DNA from: Bispira polyomma
Lineage: Eukaryota
Direction of reading: 5' to 3'
Assembly: GCA_965649765.1 (NCBI GenBank)
Contig: OZ287751.1
Span: 20,088,001 to 20,152,000 of the forward strand
DNA length: 64,000 nucleotides
The notes under the pieces are model-generated. The model had not been told where the DNA came from. It saw only the letters and a list, made by a program, of their open reading frames with translations, and ran no database searches. The position numbers and the translations under genes were made by a program. Positions 13,501-28,500 of this stretch are shown piece after piece (positions within the stretch are counted from its first letter, which is position 1; every line of letters begins with the position of its first letter).

Positions 13501-16500
13501 TTAATGAGTGAATTGCTCGTCATGATATGACACAAAATGTGTTGAAAGCGCCAAACTAAACTAAGCTATTTAAAATACCCTTTTTATAATAAATTGAATG
13601 TAGTAATAACACTTTGAAAAAAGATGAAATATCTGGTAATGTTTTTGTTTTATTTATTGGATCATGAAACTTTAAAACAAATTTGAATTGCCAGTAAGAT
13701 ATAATGATGGGGGAAAAAATGTTTTCCTGTAAGATTCTGGGTGGGCTTATGACAGTCTTAATGGTGATGACGTGGTGGTATATATGCCAGTGATTAACCG
13801 GTGTGGTTTAAGGATACTGGCTTCCTCCTTTTAGATTAACTCTGCGAAGATGGTACTAGTATATCTATTGTCAGCCTCCCCTTTAATTTACCAGAGGGTG
13901 TGTAATAGGCATATGTGTGTGTGTGCAGAGTTCATGTCTTTCTGGTTTATAAGAGGGTCCATTATATGAAGGACAATGCCACTATGATGTCACTATAATG
14001 TCTGCCTTGTTCAGGCCTTTGACTCCTTTTCACTTAATTGCAGTCATTTGTGGTTTTCCTGAACACAGTGAAGGGGGTTTTCACATGATACCTCTGTGAT
14101 ATATCCTCCTGGTTTTTAATGTGTATCTTCCAATTAAAAACTGGGGACACCTGGAATGTTTGTAGACCTTTAATTAAAGACAATCCACATAATTTATTCG
14201 CCATGCCGAAGGGGACCCGGGCTATTAGTAATATCTACAATAAGGCAGAAGAGTGTTTTTGTTATATCCTGTATTTCTGCTGATTCTCAGAAGTACGTAC
14301 TATTAAACCTCTTCTAAGTAGAACCTTAAGGCAGTGAAGTCAGAGACCAAAAGAAATAACCAATAACCTCCACTTAAGCAAGATTTGTATTAAACAGGGT
14401 AGATTTTAATGTGAATTGCCTTTGTGGTAGTACAGATAATTTTCTATATACATTAGACCCAACAGTACAACTAGAACCCCCAAATATCCACAGGATTTGG
14501 TTCTAGTTAAATCTAACTCCCACTTATACAAACAAAAATACAGCAGTTTTCTGATGTTGGGACCTCAAACCTGGTTCCACTTATACCTATAAATTCAACT
14601 CACACTGGTTCTACTTACACAGAGTCGACTGTACAGGAAAATTGACTAAAACTTGAGTTCTTCTTATTAAGCCTAGGTCCCACTCTAGCAATTTTGAGTT
14701 CATCACTGAAGTGATGCAGATTCTCATATTTGTTCTAAGAAATAAATCTGCCCAATATAGTTATAACATATTTAGTGGTGTTTGAGTTAATCCCCTATAT
14801 TTCATAAAATAATTAAATCCCAAATAGAATCTAGGTCTGTATTTAAATGTCTGATAACCCTAAATGTAGTAAGCCCAGTGGTGTGTAATATTTGGCAGGA
14901 AGAGAAGAAGACCTTTATTACACAACACTTTTAACACACGATTATTGGGTAGAGACAGTGCTGTCTTCTTTTATTGTCCCTTTAAAGTCACCACAAGTTC
15001 TCTTCATTTAATAGGGGGAAGATCTTGTACAGTTCAAAAGACCAAGTGGTATAATTATTTCCCCTCCAAGACACACACTGTGTCTACTTTAGAAGTGTGG
15101 AGTTGAATGTACATAGTCTCTTACAAATGTCATACCATGTTTAATAAAACTTCTGGAATGCAAATTTTATTGATAAGCGAGTTTGGAGTTGTGATGTAAA
15201 GATGAAATGTGTTCATATGGTAATTGTGGTATTTACTGCAATGTTTTGCTTCACGCCAGAGAAGTCTTTTTCACTGAATGAAGTAGAGAGTAAGGAATCT
15301 AAAATTTGCCACTGTACCTGAAGTTCGCCACCCCTAAACTTTAAGCTAAATTATTAAAAACTAGGTAGAATATAACTAGAATTGAGGTAAGTGAGGCAAA
15401 ATTGTCACAAAAATCTAAATTTTCAACAAGTATTACCCAAAATTCCACCAAAAACACAACATTTTCTAGGTGGTGAATTCTAGATACAGTGGCCAATTTG
15501 AGATGTCTTACTCTACATGTATCTCTGAGACAAAGGAATTTATTGTATATTATATATAAAGTCACTTGTATATATATATTTCAATAGAGTAACTTTATAA
15601 AATATTTAGATTTTCATTTAAAATTATAAAATTCAGTGGCATATTTTTGGGTACAAGATTATGGCACATTTTGAACTCATTCAATGTTTATCTTCAGTGA
15701 AAACTATTATCCTTATGTAATATCTATACATTTAAAACTATCTTAGTTCCCTGAGAAGACACTCATAAAAAGTGTAACTAATATTATAAAAGTAGAATAT
15801 CATAATCAACTTCCTTGTAGCAATTCATAGTTGAGCATCTGCTGAAGTTGCAACACTTAAAGCAGGTATATCAAATTGTTTATATTGTCATACAACCAAC
15901 TCATACATACGGAAAAGTATAAGGGCCAACCTTTTTTTTTTTTTTTTTTGAATTGTCGAGACAGTATCTCGATAAATCGAGATAATTTAAATGAAATTTT
16001 TTTTTTTTTTTTTTTGAATTGTCGAGATAATATCTCGATAAATTGAGATAATTAAAAGGATTTTTTTTTAATTGTCACCATATTAATTGTCCACCATGGA
16101 GAAGGAAGGTGTGTGAGTGGCCAACTGAACAGCTAACATGGAAAAGGGCACAAACAGTCATCGGGTCAAAATTAATCGGCAAACAGTCACAGAGATCAAA
16201 AGTAGTTAATCAGCAAACAGTCATGGGGTCAAAAGTAGTTAATTAGGGCAAGACACAGTCATAGATGTCAAAAGTAGTTAATTAGGGCTAGACACAAACA
16301 GTCATAGAGGTCAAAAGTTGTTAATCAGCAAACAGTCATAGGGTCAAAAGTGGTTAATCAGGGCAAGATACAAACAGTCAGAGTTAGGGTCAAAAGTAGG
16401 TAATCAGGCTTTTAACAAAAGTCAATTTCAACAAAATTGGTCAGTATTTATCATTTTTTCTACTACAGTGTAATTACAATTTTAGGTGACCAAGAAGTTA

Positions 16501-19500
16501 GGGCCACTTTAACATAATTTGGTTAACCATGAGTATAAATTACACAGTGACTTTAAGGTCACCTTACTAAACTATAGAGAATTACCATTTTAAATTACCA
16601 AGGGTGACTTAAAGTCACCATAATGTGAATGAGTTTAAGGTTAACATTAACTATAATAACCATGCTTTTAAGGTTAACTTTAATTAGGGAAAAGTAGAAT
16701 GACTTAATGTCATCTACCCATTATAGCATACTACCAGTAAAGAAGAGACTTAAGGTCATCTTACATTTAGTTTAAGTTACTTGAATCTTTACTAGTAACT
16801 CAGCAGTTTTAGTTAAGGCAACCTTAAGGGCTACCTTTTAAAATAAACTGCCATTTATATTTAAGGGATTACTTATAGTATGTACTATATGTTACAAATG
16901 CGGTATATACATAATTTACTAAAATGCCCAAACGCCATGCTATCAACTATTGTACATTGGAAAATAAAATATACCAAAAAAAAAAAAAATCTTCTTAATT
17001 ATTTCGATTTATCGAGATATTATCTCGACAATTCAAAAAAAAAAAAAATTTCTTCTAAATTATCTCAATTTATCGAGATATTATCTCGACAATTCAAAAT
17101 TTTTTTTTTTAAATTATCTCGATTTATCAAGATATTATCTCGGCAATTAAAAAAAAAAAGAAAGAAAAAAAAGTTGGCCCTTATACTCTTCCGTACATAC
17201 ATATTACATACATTAAATAAAATGGGTTATAACTTTAGATCGATTATATTTGTTAATTTCTTCCATTGATACTGTACATATTTTACCATAACAAAAGTAT
17301 AATGGTACATTGTTGATATCAAACATATTTTTTTGCTTTTGATTATTTCTTGTCTACCGGTACTTGGATACTAATGGACCATTTATCATGAATATGCATA
17401 AGAATAACAACACAAAATGGTTAAGAAATAATTATATGCATCCTGAAATTCTATTGTCTAATAATGGTTACTCTGAACGAAATGGTATAAAAAATGCCAC
17501 AAGACAAGCATAAGAATCAGTGGTAATAAAAACTTGAAAATTGCTAATATAAGTGCTTTCAAAAATGTTTTTGTAGAAAAGTAAAAATGGCAGTGAAAGT
17601 TTTCCAAAAAAAACATGTTTCCAAAGAATTATTTGTGTAACTACTAGAGACTAAATGAAAAAAGACATTGTGCACATACTTTTACTTGAGGAAGTTCTCC
17701 AGAACTTATTCCCAATACTAGAAAATAGTAAAAGCAACAGGCCTGAGACCTATCAACTCAGAATGATGGATGACCCAAAAAGTGGCAAATCAAATGCAAT
17801 CCAGATGAGTGAATAACAATGTGAGTACTGGAGGATATACTCATTTTCTTGCTGTATAGAAGGGGTACATTCAATTGCTATGGTCAGACTGGAGCTTAAA
17901 GAGTTAATCCATGTACTACTAGATAAATGAAGGTTTTTCCTTTTCACTTTTCCCTCAATGAAAAGAAACTTTCTAGAATCAAAAAGAAGGGAGCATGTTT
18001 TTGGGTTGCCACTCGATTAAAGCTGAAAGGCAAGTGCAAATAGTTACTTTATGCCACGTTAAATATTAGATTAACAAAATGTGGCAAGGATCGTCGGCCG
18101 TACTTAATTGTGTGTGAATTTCTGGTTTTTGTGTGTATAATAAGTGATATATATATAAAGCTACCATATATGACAAACTGTCTGAATAATAAAATAGAAC
18201 ACATATTTATTTAGTATAAACTGGATCACTTACAAACATATATATAAAGAAAGTGGTGAAGTGGCTTATCTAATGGGTACCCACTCTTGAATCATTTCTA
18301 AAAATACTGCCGAGGATTCAACTACACGGGCTTCGAAATGTGTGTGTCATTCTGGAATACAAAAAATTTATATGTATATGTGTAAAGATAGATATATACT
18401 AAACAGTTTACTTGAACATTGAACTGAACTGTTAACTTGAGCTAAGAAACTTGCCATAAACTTATTTTAAACAACTAATAATAATACACACTAACAGTTA
18501 ATGTTGAATTGGTGGTTTACATATGGATATGATAATGGAATGTGACTTTTACAGCTGCTATAAATAGACAGCGTCTTAAAGTCTCGAGATAAAATGGTAA
18601 TTAGCACAACAGTGGTCATAGCTACAAAACAAAATATATATACAAAAAGTTTGAGATGATAGCAATGACTTATATCATCTGTGGGATAATGATACCTGCA
18701 ATAATTAAGTCTTTTAAAAAGACCTTGATGGTCAAAAGATAAGGATGCAGTATATTGATGACAAAATACTGTATGTACAGCACTAAGTACATGTTAATTT
18801 ACACACATTTTTGGAAGGTTTCTGTCATGACATTATCTCTTGTTGTCAGGAATAAATTAATGTAAAATATTTCCATCCTGTGTATGAAAGTAATATAATT
18901 TTGAGGGGGACAGGAATATTAAAACTGACCAAAAAAGACTAATAAAAATCTGCCAGGATTTATCTACAATTTATCTGTAGAGAATACGTGCATGTAAAAG
19001 TGTATTTGAAGGTGTGTGAAAATACTATTATATGGGAAAATATTACCGCTTAATTTAAGATCTGTCCCGTTATTATTGTCTGTGATTACAAAGTCACTTG
19101 TCCCTTTGTAAACGACATGGATGAAGATACAGGTGGGATTAATGATCTGGATACAGCCGTCACTCTGTCTGGTTATTTAGCTGACCTATATCAGGTAAGT
19201 CAAGAAATAGTATTCTAAGATGCAGCGTGGGGGTACCTCATGACTGCACAAAGTTCGAAACAATCTAGGTAGAATGGTATGCTATGCCGGTCCGCACTCA
19301 CACACAACACCTCTGCTTCAAAAATTGCACTGGCTACTTGTGGAGTTTCATATCAAATTTAAGGTAATTGTCCTCATTTGTAAGACAGTCCATGTGCAGC
19401 AGCCAGCCTACTTCTCATCTATGTTATCTCCCAGCAATCTTACCAAAGGGAATCGTCTTCCTACCTCTGGTTTCTTACCAAAAAAACTGGCTAGTTCAAA

Positions 19501-22500
19501 ATCATTCAAAGTTACAGCTGAGTGGAATAGTATGCCTACTAGTCTTCACAATGAGACAAGGATTACAAGCTCAAAACACATTTGTATCAACTCTTTTCTG
19601 CCCTAACTTTCATCTCCTGGTCATGACTGAACTCTGATGACAAACTTTTTTTCCCCATCGGACTGTTTTTTTGCTTACTAATTTGGATGTCCACAAAAGT
19701 GGATGCCTGGTCATCGATTATGGCACTGTGGAAGTAAAAACATTATCATTGACTTGTACATGTGTACTCCTATCATCCTCTAGATTCTTCTAGGACTCAG
19801 TAAAGGCACCTAGAGTGTTCTTTGGAATGTTTGGTAGGGCAGGGTGTGGCAAACTTTTGTCATTGTATTTTGCATTTTTTTTTAATGCGCCTTATTGATG
19901 TGATGCATCTTCTAAAGCGCAACAGCAGAATCAATTATCCAATCAAGAAGTTAGAAAAATATAGCCAGGTCATAGGAAGAATGTGCGGGTGTACAGGGAG
20001 GGAATTGACGGGTTAAGGGAGTTTGAAGAAATATTGATTTTAAGTTTTCACCTAAACCCGTGGAGTGTTACTAGTGATCTTGAGCTCAACTGGGAGACTA
20101 TATATGTATTCCATAACATAGGGGCAGCATTTAAGAAAGCTTTAAATCCTGGGGCCGTATTCACGAATGGACTTAGCCACGTCTTAGGCCTAAATCAGTA
20201 CACTTTTTGTGCTATATTTAAGCCTAAGACCTGGCTAAGTCCTTTTGTGAATATGGGCCCAGCTTTCTTGGTGGGTTTAACAGAGGTAACAGAAAGTCTC
20301 TTTTTCTCTCTGGAGGTTACCATAGAAAAGACGAGTAGGCAAGGTTATATTATTCAAATATTAGAATTTATCAACTTATTTATACTCTTCCTAATTTATG
20401 TTTTCCTATTCTTTTGTACAGAAATGCCTCTTCTATTTTATGAACTTTCTATTATCTAAACAAAATCATCCTCTTCTAACATATCTTCATATAATAGAAG
20501 TTTTACTGTACATGTATATAAGTATGTCAGCTGTGTAGCCATTGTTATACCATGGGTACTCATACTCATACGAGGGTATCAAATTAGATTCCCACAGGCA
20601 ATAAATATTTGGATGGGACCTGACGGCTTTACTTGAGAACAGGAAATTATATTTTAGAATCCTCTAATCTGTATAAAAATGTAGAAACCATTTTTGGACA
20701 ATTTGCCAAAATACATTTATACCTCTGTCCTGAGTTATACTGTTTTAAATATTTATAAACATGTCTGTGACTATTTTCAATAATAATATATACCTGTTCT
20801 ATTATGTTAAGGAGACTATATCATTTTCTCAACAACAGAAAAAATTGGCATATAACTAAACTACAGGTAGGGTCATTAATAACTTAATGAGATGTAGGAT
20901 TTGTTCATGTGAGTAGGCTGTATCATGCCATCATTTCATTGGCTGGCCGTATATCATTGCTCATGACTCTCAGACTGACATTTTCATTGTCACCATTTGA
21001 CCCCACACATGGCAAGACACCCAATCGTTGCACACAAACACACACACAAAATACATTATTGCACTTGTTTTCATGGTCATGATGTGGCTAATTAACATGG
21101 CATGAAGATGGTTTTTTTTAAATTTTTAGCTGTTATTTATACAACTGCCATCATTGGCTGTGTGTGTAAAAGGAAATAGTTTCTAACATTTTATGCACTG
21201 GCACTAGAATAAGCATACTTGCTTTAATAGGCTGAAGGTCACTTTCTTTTGTTTTGTTTATCATGCCATTAAAAGAGTATATACCTTCCATATACAAATG
21301 TACCTGATGGTTAACAGCCAACATTTGGTGATTTTTTTTTTCGCTAGAAAGAGGGACAAAATCAGACGGAGTCAGCCTTCTCCATGTTTAAAGAAACCCG
21401 AAAACCCCCCTATATTTCTAAAGATGGAAACACAACAATTAGCAATACAGTAAAATCTGCATAAGTGAACACTCACCCGACCCAGCCAAAGTGTCAAATA
21501 GGTGTTCACTATTAGGAGGTACTGTACAATGTGCTAGTGACAAATGTGGCCAGAAAAAAAACGTTCTTTACAGAGAGGTGTTCACTTTTGGAGGTGTTTA
21601 CTGTCTAAGTTTTTACTGCACACAGAAAACCAAATTATGATTTGACTATTGTTTGATCAGCACTATGGTGTCACTGAGGTTTGACCTTTGGGCTTTCACT
21701 TTAAAAGTGCAAAGAAAAAATGTCTGATCCCGCTTTAAATCTGACCTAGTAATTACATCGGGATTGCGATATTTCTGATAATAATTTGTGTCAGCATTTA
21801 GAAAATTAAACTAAAGGATTGTTTCTCAAGCTGTGGTATGATCTTCCTCGTGATATTCACACTGCCTCCTCACTTCCCTGCTATAGAAAAAAGCTCGAAA
21901 TCTACCTTTTTAGCAATGCTTTTCCACTTTTGCCTCCTTACCATTCCTCAGCCTCATTACCATTCCTTACCTCCTTACCATTCCTTACCTCCTTACCATT
22001 CCTTACCTCTGTACCATTTCTGGCGTCTCTACTGAAATTATGAAAATAATTTTCCTGTCTGATGCGCCATAGAATCCACTAGCATGGAGATAAGCGCTAT
22101 AAAATTAAGATTACATTAGATCCTAATTGGCGTCATATTGCAAGGTTCAGGTGATTTATTTTAGTTCATTTCATGCTGAAAGCTGCCACTTTCTAATAAG
22201 CTACAAATCACTTTCTCTGCATCGGCATTTCTTAACCTAAATATATTACTTTTCACAAACACTTCTCTGTCAACCAAATTATTCTATAAAAAGTGGTTCA
22301 ATATATCTGGATACAGGTAACAAAAGGTAATGAATAATATCTTATTTTATTGTTGAATAGGCCATATAAAGATGTACTTATTTTCATCAACAAACTATGC
22401 ATGGGACATGCAAATTCTTTACAAAATAAGAAATTCATTCTTGTCTAGTTTCTGCACCCTTTCTTTTGAAGCTTATGGCTAGTAGATTAGACAAATATGT

Positions 22501-25500
22501 GTGTCAAACTTTCTGCATTAATTGACCTCACATTGATTTTAAACAGTGGTTCTTCAAAAACAAACCTATCATGTGACTGTATTCAAACGTCAGGTTGGCC
22601 AGCCATTATAACCTCTTTATCTTTGCCGTCCCATTAAATATCAATGGCTGTATTATCTCAAATAAATCTCAAACTCAACTTAGACTGAAGCTTGTAGGCT
22701 CAATTCAGACTCAAGCTGGAGTCTGACATAAAGCCACATATGTCTGTATGGTTAGAGTGAAGTTAAGTAAAATATAACTGCATATTTCAATTAAGCACTG
22801 GAAGATATTGTAAAATAAATGGTCACAAGTACAGGTTATTTCTGTTTAGAGGGACTTCCGCATACCAGCCTTCATTTGAGTCTGGGTTTTTTGGTGTGAG
22901 ACTACAGGTCTTTATATGTGTGTGCCTGTACATAAACAGAGACCGTGTTTTATCTTATTGTCATGAAAATAGTCTTGAGGTGACAGAAACAAAGAGATAA
23001 GGGTCATTGTCCAAGACTGTCAGTCCACTTTAATTGTACACCTGTACATATATAGTTTTAGGGAGGAAATTTATACATTGTTATAGATATCATAAGTGGT
23101 CTTTTGGAGTGGATTGGCTTTAATGGACCTGTGTTCGTATAATGTTTGTGGAATGGCTTTTGATATTCAGATGGCTATAAACCATGACTCATGCTATAGA
23201 AATGTGCACTAAATGGATGTTTCCATGTAGGCAATTTTCTGAGACGATCGGCTGATGGCAATTTTTATTGGTTTTATTATTAGTTTTACATTGATATAGA
23301 AGTATCTGTCTATGTTTGAAAAATGCCGATAAGCGGTGACCAATGTAAGGCACATAAAAATTGCCGTCAAACATCGGCTGATTGTCGTCGTTCATTGCCT
23401 ACATGGAAACACAGACTAATGATACCTTCAGAATATCATATTAAAAGGCTGTTTAAATGTTGACATCAATAACAATGACTTTAATACTACTTTACATTAT
23501 TTCCCATTACCAAACAGAGAAATAGCTTTTCATTTAATTAAAGGTATAAGGTCTATTTAATTGTAGAAATAACAGTTTTAACACTTAACTTCTGCCCTTT
23601 GCAAACTTAATTTTGAGATCTGATGATATTCCAACAAATTGTATCCTATAGACTCAACCTTGGGAAGGAATTTTGTTATTCAATAAAACTCTTTGTGATA
23701 AACTTTAAATAGAGATGTTGACACATCAATCAAGTTTTAAAGGTACTGTTTTTTAAAAGTATTTTGCTTACAAATAAATACCCAAATAATGGAGTAACCA
23801 GGACTATGAAAGGCATATTTCAAACAAGAATAGATTCCATGGTATTTGTCCTCTTTTTTTGCCTTTTATATCATTTTAACGGAAAATTAATAAAATTGTA
23901 AAGTAATGAAAAGAAGCGCAAAGTAAAAATAATATATTAAGTGTAATTAGAGGGAATAAGGTAGTCTTTTGGTTGTAAAAAGCAATCAAACTTTCAAAAT
24001 AGACTTTTGCTCCAAAATCTTATTTTTAATATTTTACACTATTGTTGAATCCCTTTAAGTTTAAATATGACAGGACCAGGATTTCCACTTAAGAGGGAAC
24101 AGTTTAAGAGAAAAGGCTGTTGTTGGACTACACAGATTTTTCATAAGCCGAGAAATGCAGGACTAAGTATTAAAAAATCTCCTGAGTTTTATGTAAAAAA
24201 TGAACACATTAATGGCCAACGTCTGAAAAAAACACCCCCATTTATATGTAAACTTTGCTTATTATGATAAGCTTATTAATGATATTACACTAATGTATAT
24301 CTTATCCAATGTAGGTGTCTACTTAAAACTTTTAATGCATTTATAGTGAGAGTTGTTGGGAAGGCTTTAAAAAGATGTAGACTCATATATGAACTATGAG
24401 GTTATAGTATACCTAGTTGTATTTTTTTGCACATTTTCTGTACTATTCTATGTAAAAAGTTGTACAAATAAAGATTTTTTACATAGAAAACCCATTCTAC
24501 ATTTTACCAAGTTAATTAGCTTTTTGTAAGATTTTTTAGGGGGCTGGGGGGGGGGAGGGGGGCTTTATACAAATGAAGGTTGGGGCAGTCTTAACCGGTA
24601 CTCATACAAAAACCATTTAGTACCTCACTAAAAGTAAAAGGTTAACTGATAAAGTTGCACGTTAAACAGAATTATATGAAGTCTGTGGTTTAATGTGGCC
24701 TGTACATTCGTGTTTTATGTTGGTGACTATTTTCAAATGTCATTTGGAATACTGACAACACAAAGCTGTTCTTCTAAATGGAAAGGAAATAGATCTTAGA
24801 AATCAAAACTTTTGTCAGTGTGATCTAATAAGAGATATACACATACATGTAGCTTTATTTTAAAAAACTTCTTCACAGGGAAATTTTGTGTTTAATTTTA
24901 AATTTAATTAATCAAAGTAATTTAAGTAATTAAACATACATACTTGTTTAGGGGTGACTCGTATATTTTAGCTTTGTTATGACAGCCACAATGCACAAAC
25001 AAGAAATTTAAATTCAAGAATGTTTGTGTATGTTTCTTTTTGCCCCAAAAACCTGTTGTAAATATGAGATAATTTCAACATAAGACTTCAAGGTAACTGT
25101 ATAATATTAAAGTAATTTAAGGAAGGTGATGTAGGAGGGCCATAAATAAAAGAAATTTTCTTCAAAAGGGCAAATAAATATGAAATTAAAGAAATCAAAA
25201 GGTGTTCTCAATTTGGTCTGAATGAACATGGGCAAAAATTGATTAAGTTGTAAATTGTGTGGGAGTAGACGTTATTGGAAAATGAATAGTCTTGCTCTGG
25301 CCCAATTCAGGTTAAAACTATATTGTTTGAATAATTTAAATCTATTGATCTTGCCCAATAGGATTTGACCTGACATATATTTTTATTTATATTTTTATTA
25401 TGGTGACGACATGTAACATATAGTAAACAACAATACATAAACAAAAATACAAATACTTACCCAGCCCTCTGGCGGGCTCATATGTCTCTTTAGCCATAAA

Positions 25501-28500
25501 TATATAAATGGGAGTTATTATGTTAACTGTTGCTCAATTAGATGTTTTCTTTTTATAACCAAATACATTCAATCTACTGTGTCAAACCTTTTCAACATAC
25601 ATGGCCATTACACTTATAAACTACATTCCCTATGATAAATTTTCAACATGCAATGCCAGAGATTGCCATTTTCAATTTACACTGTGGCTTCAGACTAGTC
25701 AGCATAGAACCATCAAATAGACACTCCGAATTATAATATATAGATTACCTGGTAAAATGATTGACGTAAATGGTTTTACTTCTATAGCACCACAATCGAT
25801 GGCCGGACATCCTTTGTAATGCACATCCCAATCAGTAAGCAAAAGAATAGTCCAAAAGGGGAAAAGGTTTGTGATGAGAGTTTGAGTTGTAACCAGGACA
25901 CGAAAGTTAAGGTGGAAAAATGAGTTGATACAAATGTGCTTTTAACTTTTTCCTGAAGCCTGTAATTCTTGTCTCATTGCGAAGACTAGTAGAGAGACTG
26001 TTCCAGACAGTTTTTGGGGTAAAAAACCATAGGTGTAAAGACGATTCCCTCTGCTAAGATTACTGAGAGACAGCATTTATGATAATTACCCTGCACTATA
26101 TGATAGAACTACACCTTGTGCCAGGCTAGATGTCACTTTAATGTCTTTGCGATATGAGCAGCGGGTAATGGTCACCTTGAGAAGTTGTTCAGAGCAGAAC
26201 TCTCTCAGCTTGTGCTATTGATGAAGAGACTCCTAAAAGAAAACATTAGCAAAACATGCCATTCATTTGCTGGTCTGGCCTATAAATTGAACTAATATTA
26301 TCAATGTCTTCAATAGACTGTATAATATGACAGGATCATTCAGTTTTTTCCTGTCTCACTGTATAGGGGGGACCAATTTGAAAGGTAAATGTGTGTGTGA
26401 GCTAAAAGGTGAGGTAAGAGGCTGAGACATTGAAGAACTGACTAACAAAAATGGATAACCACTGATTATGAAGTGTCTCAAGCTGATTTTGAATTTTTGT
26501 AAAAGATTACTGGGAATTCACTGAAAAGTTATCGCTTCTGTGAATGTACTGTTTTAATCAGCAAGTGAGACATTTGAATTTGGACTGTTTTACAAAAGGA
26601 ATATATGTTAATGTAGCCAGTAAAATGTGACTCAGGTACGCTTAGAAATTGTATTGTTGCTAATGTGGGTTTCCAAAGTCAGCTAATAATAGTATTTAGA
26701 GTAATGTACTTTTACAATCAATATCTGAATGTTTTCTAATACAATTGTATGTTATATTTTCTATAAAAAACGCGGTTTCTTTCGGGAATTCTAACAAGAA
26801 GGTGTAAAAAGTATTTCAGTTTCGATGTAATTGTTCAGTTAAATCAATCGTCTGTACATTTACATGTACATTTACATTTTTTGTCTTGCTGAATTTAAAA
26901 AAACAACTGATGCTGTAAAATTTTAAGGCGAAGTGGTGATATCATTCTCTCAAACTATATGTAGTAACGCTTCAGGATGTCAAAACCTGACTAAACTTAA
27001 TGTTAACTTAGTTCTTCTAATGTTATTATAACATCTATCTGTGTTACACAATGGGAACTATCTATTTATTATTTAAGTAAGTACATGTAGTTAAATTATA
27101 TTAATCTTCCATACTTTGTCCGTTGTTAGCTTAAACGATACTACATCTATGATGTATGTAAGTATTTAAATTCTGGAAAGTAATATTTCCAAATGTAGCA
27201 ACCATTTATGTACTCTCATGATTCTTATACATGTACAAAAAGGAAGTGGTCTATTTAAGTTGAGTCATAACAATAACAGGATTCAATTTGTCTTCACCAC
27301 AATACACAGCTTTCTGTTTGGCACTGTAGGGCGCTACTTACTGTTTACTTCATTTAAGATCCTACAATGTCACAAATATACATTGAAATGGAACATAACT
27401 ATATATGATTTGATCAGCATCTTTATATGTATGTCAGTGTATACAATACCCAATAGGATATAAGGTTTAAATTAAACACTTGAAAGAAGAATAAACACCT
27501 TACATTGTTGTAGTAACTGTTATCTCTTGAAAGTAGTAGTGTAAAGGGAGATTCCATTATTTCATGTGGGAAAAAATAGTGCTTCGAATGTGTATCATTC
27601 TTTATAAATGAGATGTATTTCCAAAGGATTATGAAGACAAAGGTACGTTACCACCACGTTTATTTCTTTCATTTGTCCAAAGATATGAGTGTCTCTAGTC
27701 TATATCCACACAGTTCTCTGTCACCGAAACAGCTGTGTTTTTACTGATGCGCGACTGTTAATGCCATACCATCAGTAAAGCAAAAGCACCTAGTGATGGG
27801 ACAGAAACTCTGTCTATATATAATGATACTTTTCTCACTTCAGCTTGCCACCTCTACTAACAAATCTTACGATGCCTGTTTGTCCAAAAAAAAATCAGTT
27901 CTTGCACAAACTTCAGACTTGGTACAATGATAAAAGTAGCCATAACACCAAGGTATTAGTATTTTTTTTACTGCAGTAATTAAAGTTGTTCTGTTTCATT
28001 TAGTTATTTCATTGAAAAAATTTACCATAAAATTAGAATATTCTAGAAAATGTAGTGCAGCAAATAAACAGCATGTCTTTAAGAGGCGACTTTAAGAGTT
28101 TTGGAGTTTTAATTACTTGTTATCAGTCAATGTAGAACAATGATTTATGTAAAAAATAGAAAAAAAGACAGAAATTATCAGTAGAATAAAAAATAAGGGC
28201 GCTACCTAATATATTTATAGTAAGTACTAGGCAACCTTGTTGATCTATGTGACACATTGTTTTGGTACCAACTAGATCCTTCCTCTAAGATATGAAACTT
28301 CAAATTTAAAGACTAGCTTAACATGTCACCAGTGAAATATAATCATTGTTTGTCCTGTGTACCAAATGTACAAAAAGGTGACTGGTTGCCCCTATGGCTG
28401 GTCTAGTGGCATAAGTCGGTGATACTTTTAAGAGATAAAGCTATTGTTTTCAAGATCTGTAATGTAAACCTGTGGTTAATACAAGTGGATTTTCTTCTGA

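Noticed and set aside
16880-17269. 129-aa ORF
   Set aside because: It is read through the poly-A and palindromic arm of a transposon and is low complexity.
19983-20459. 158-aa ORF
   Set aside because: It spans two MITEs, and has no recognisable domain and no fitting splice signals.
26367-26413. Possible micro-exon after a pyrimidine tract
   Set aside because: The 18-nt version has an in-frame TGA and the 47-nt version breaks frame. It could only be a UTR exon, which I cannot support.
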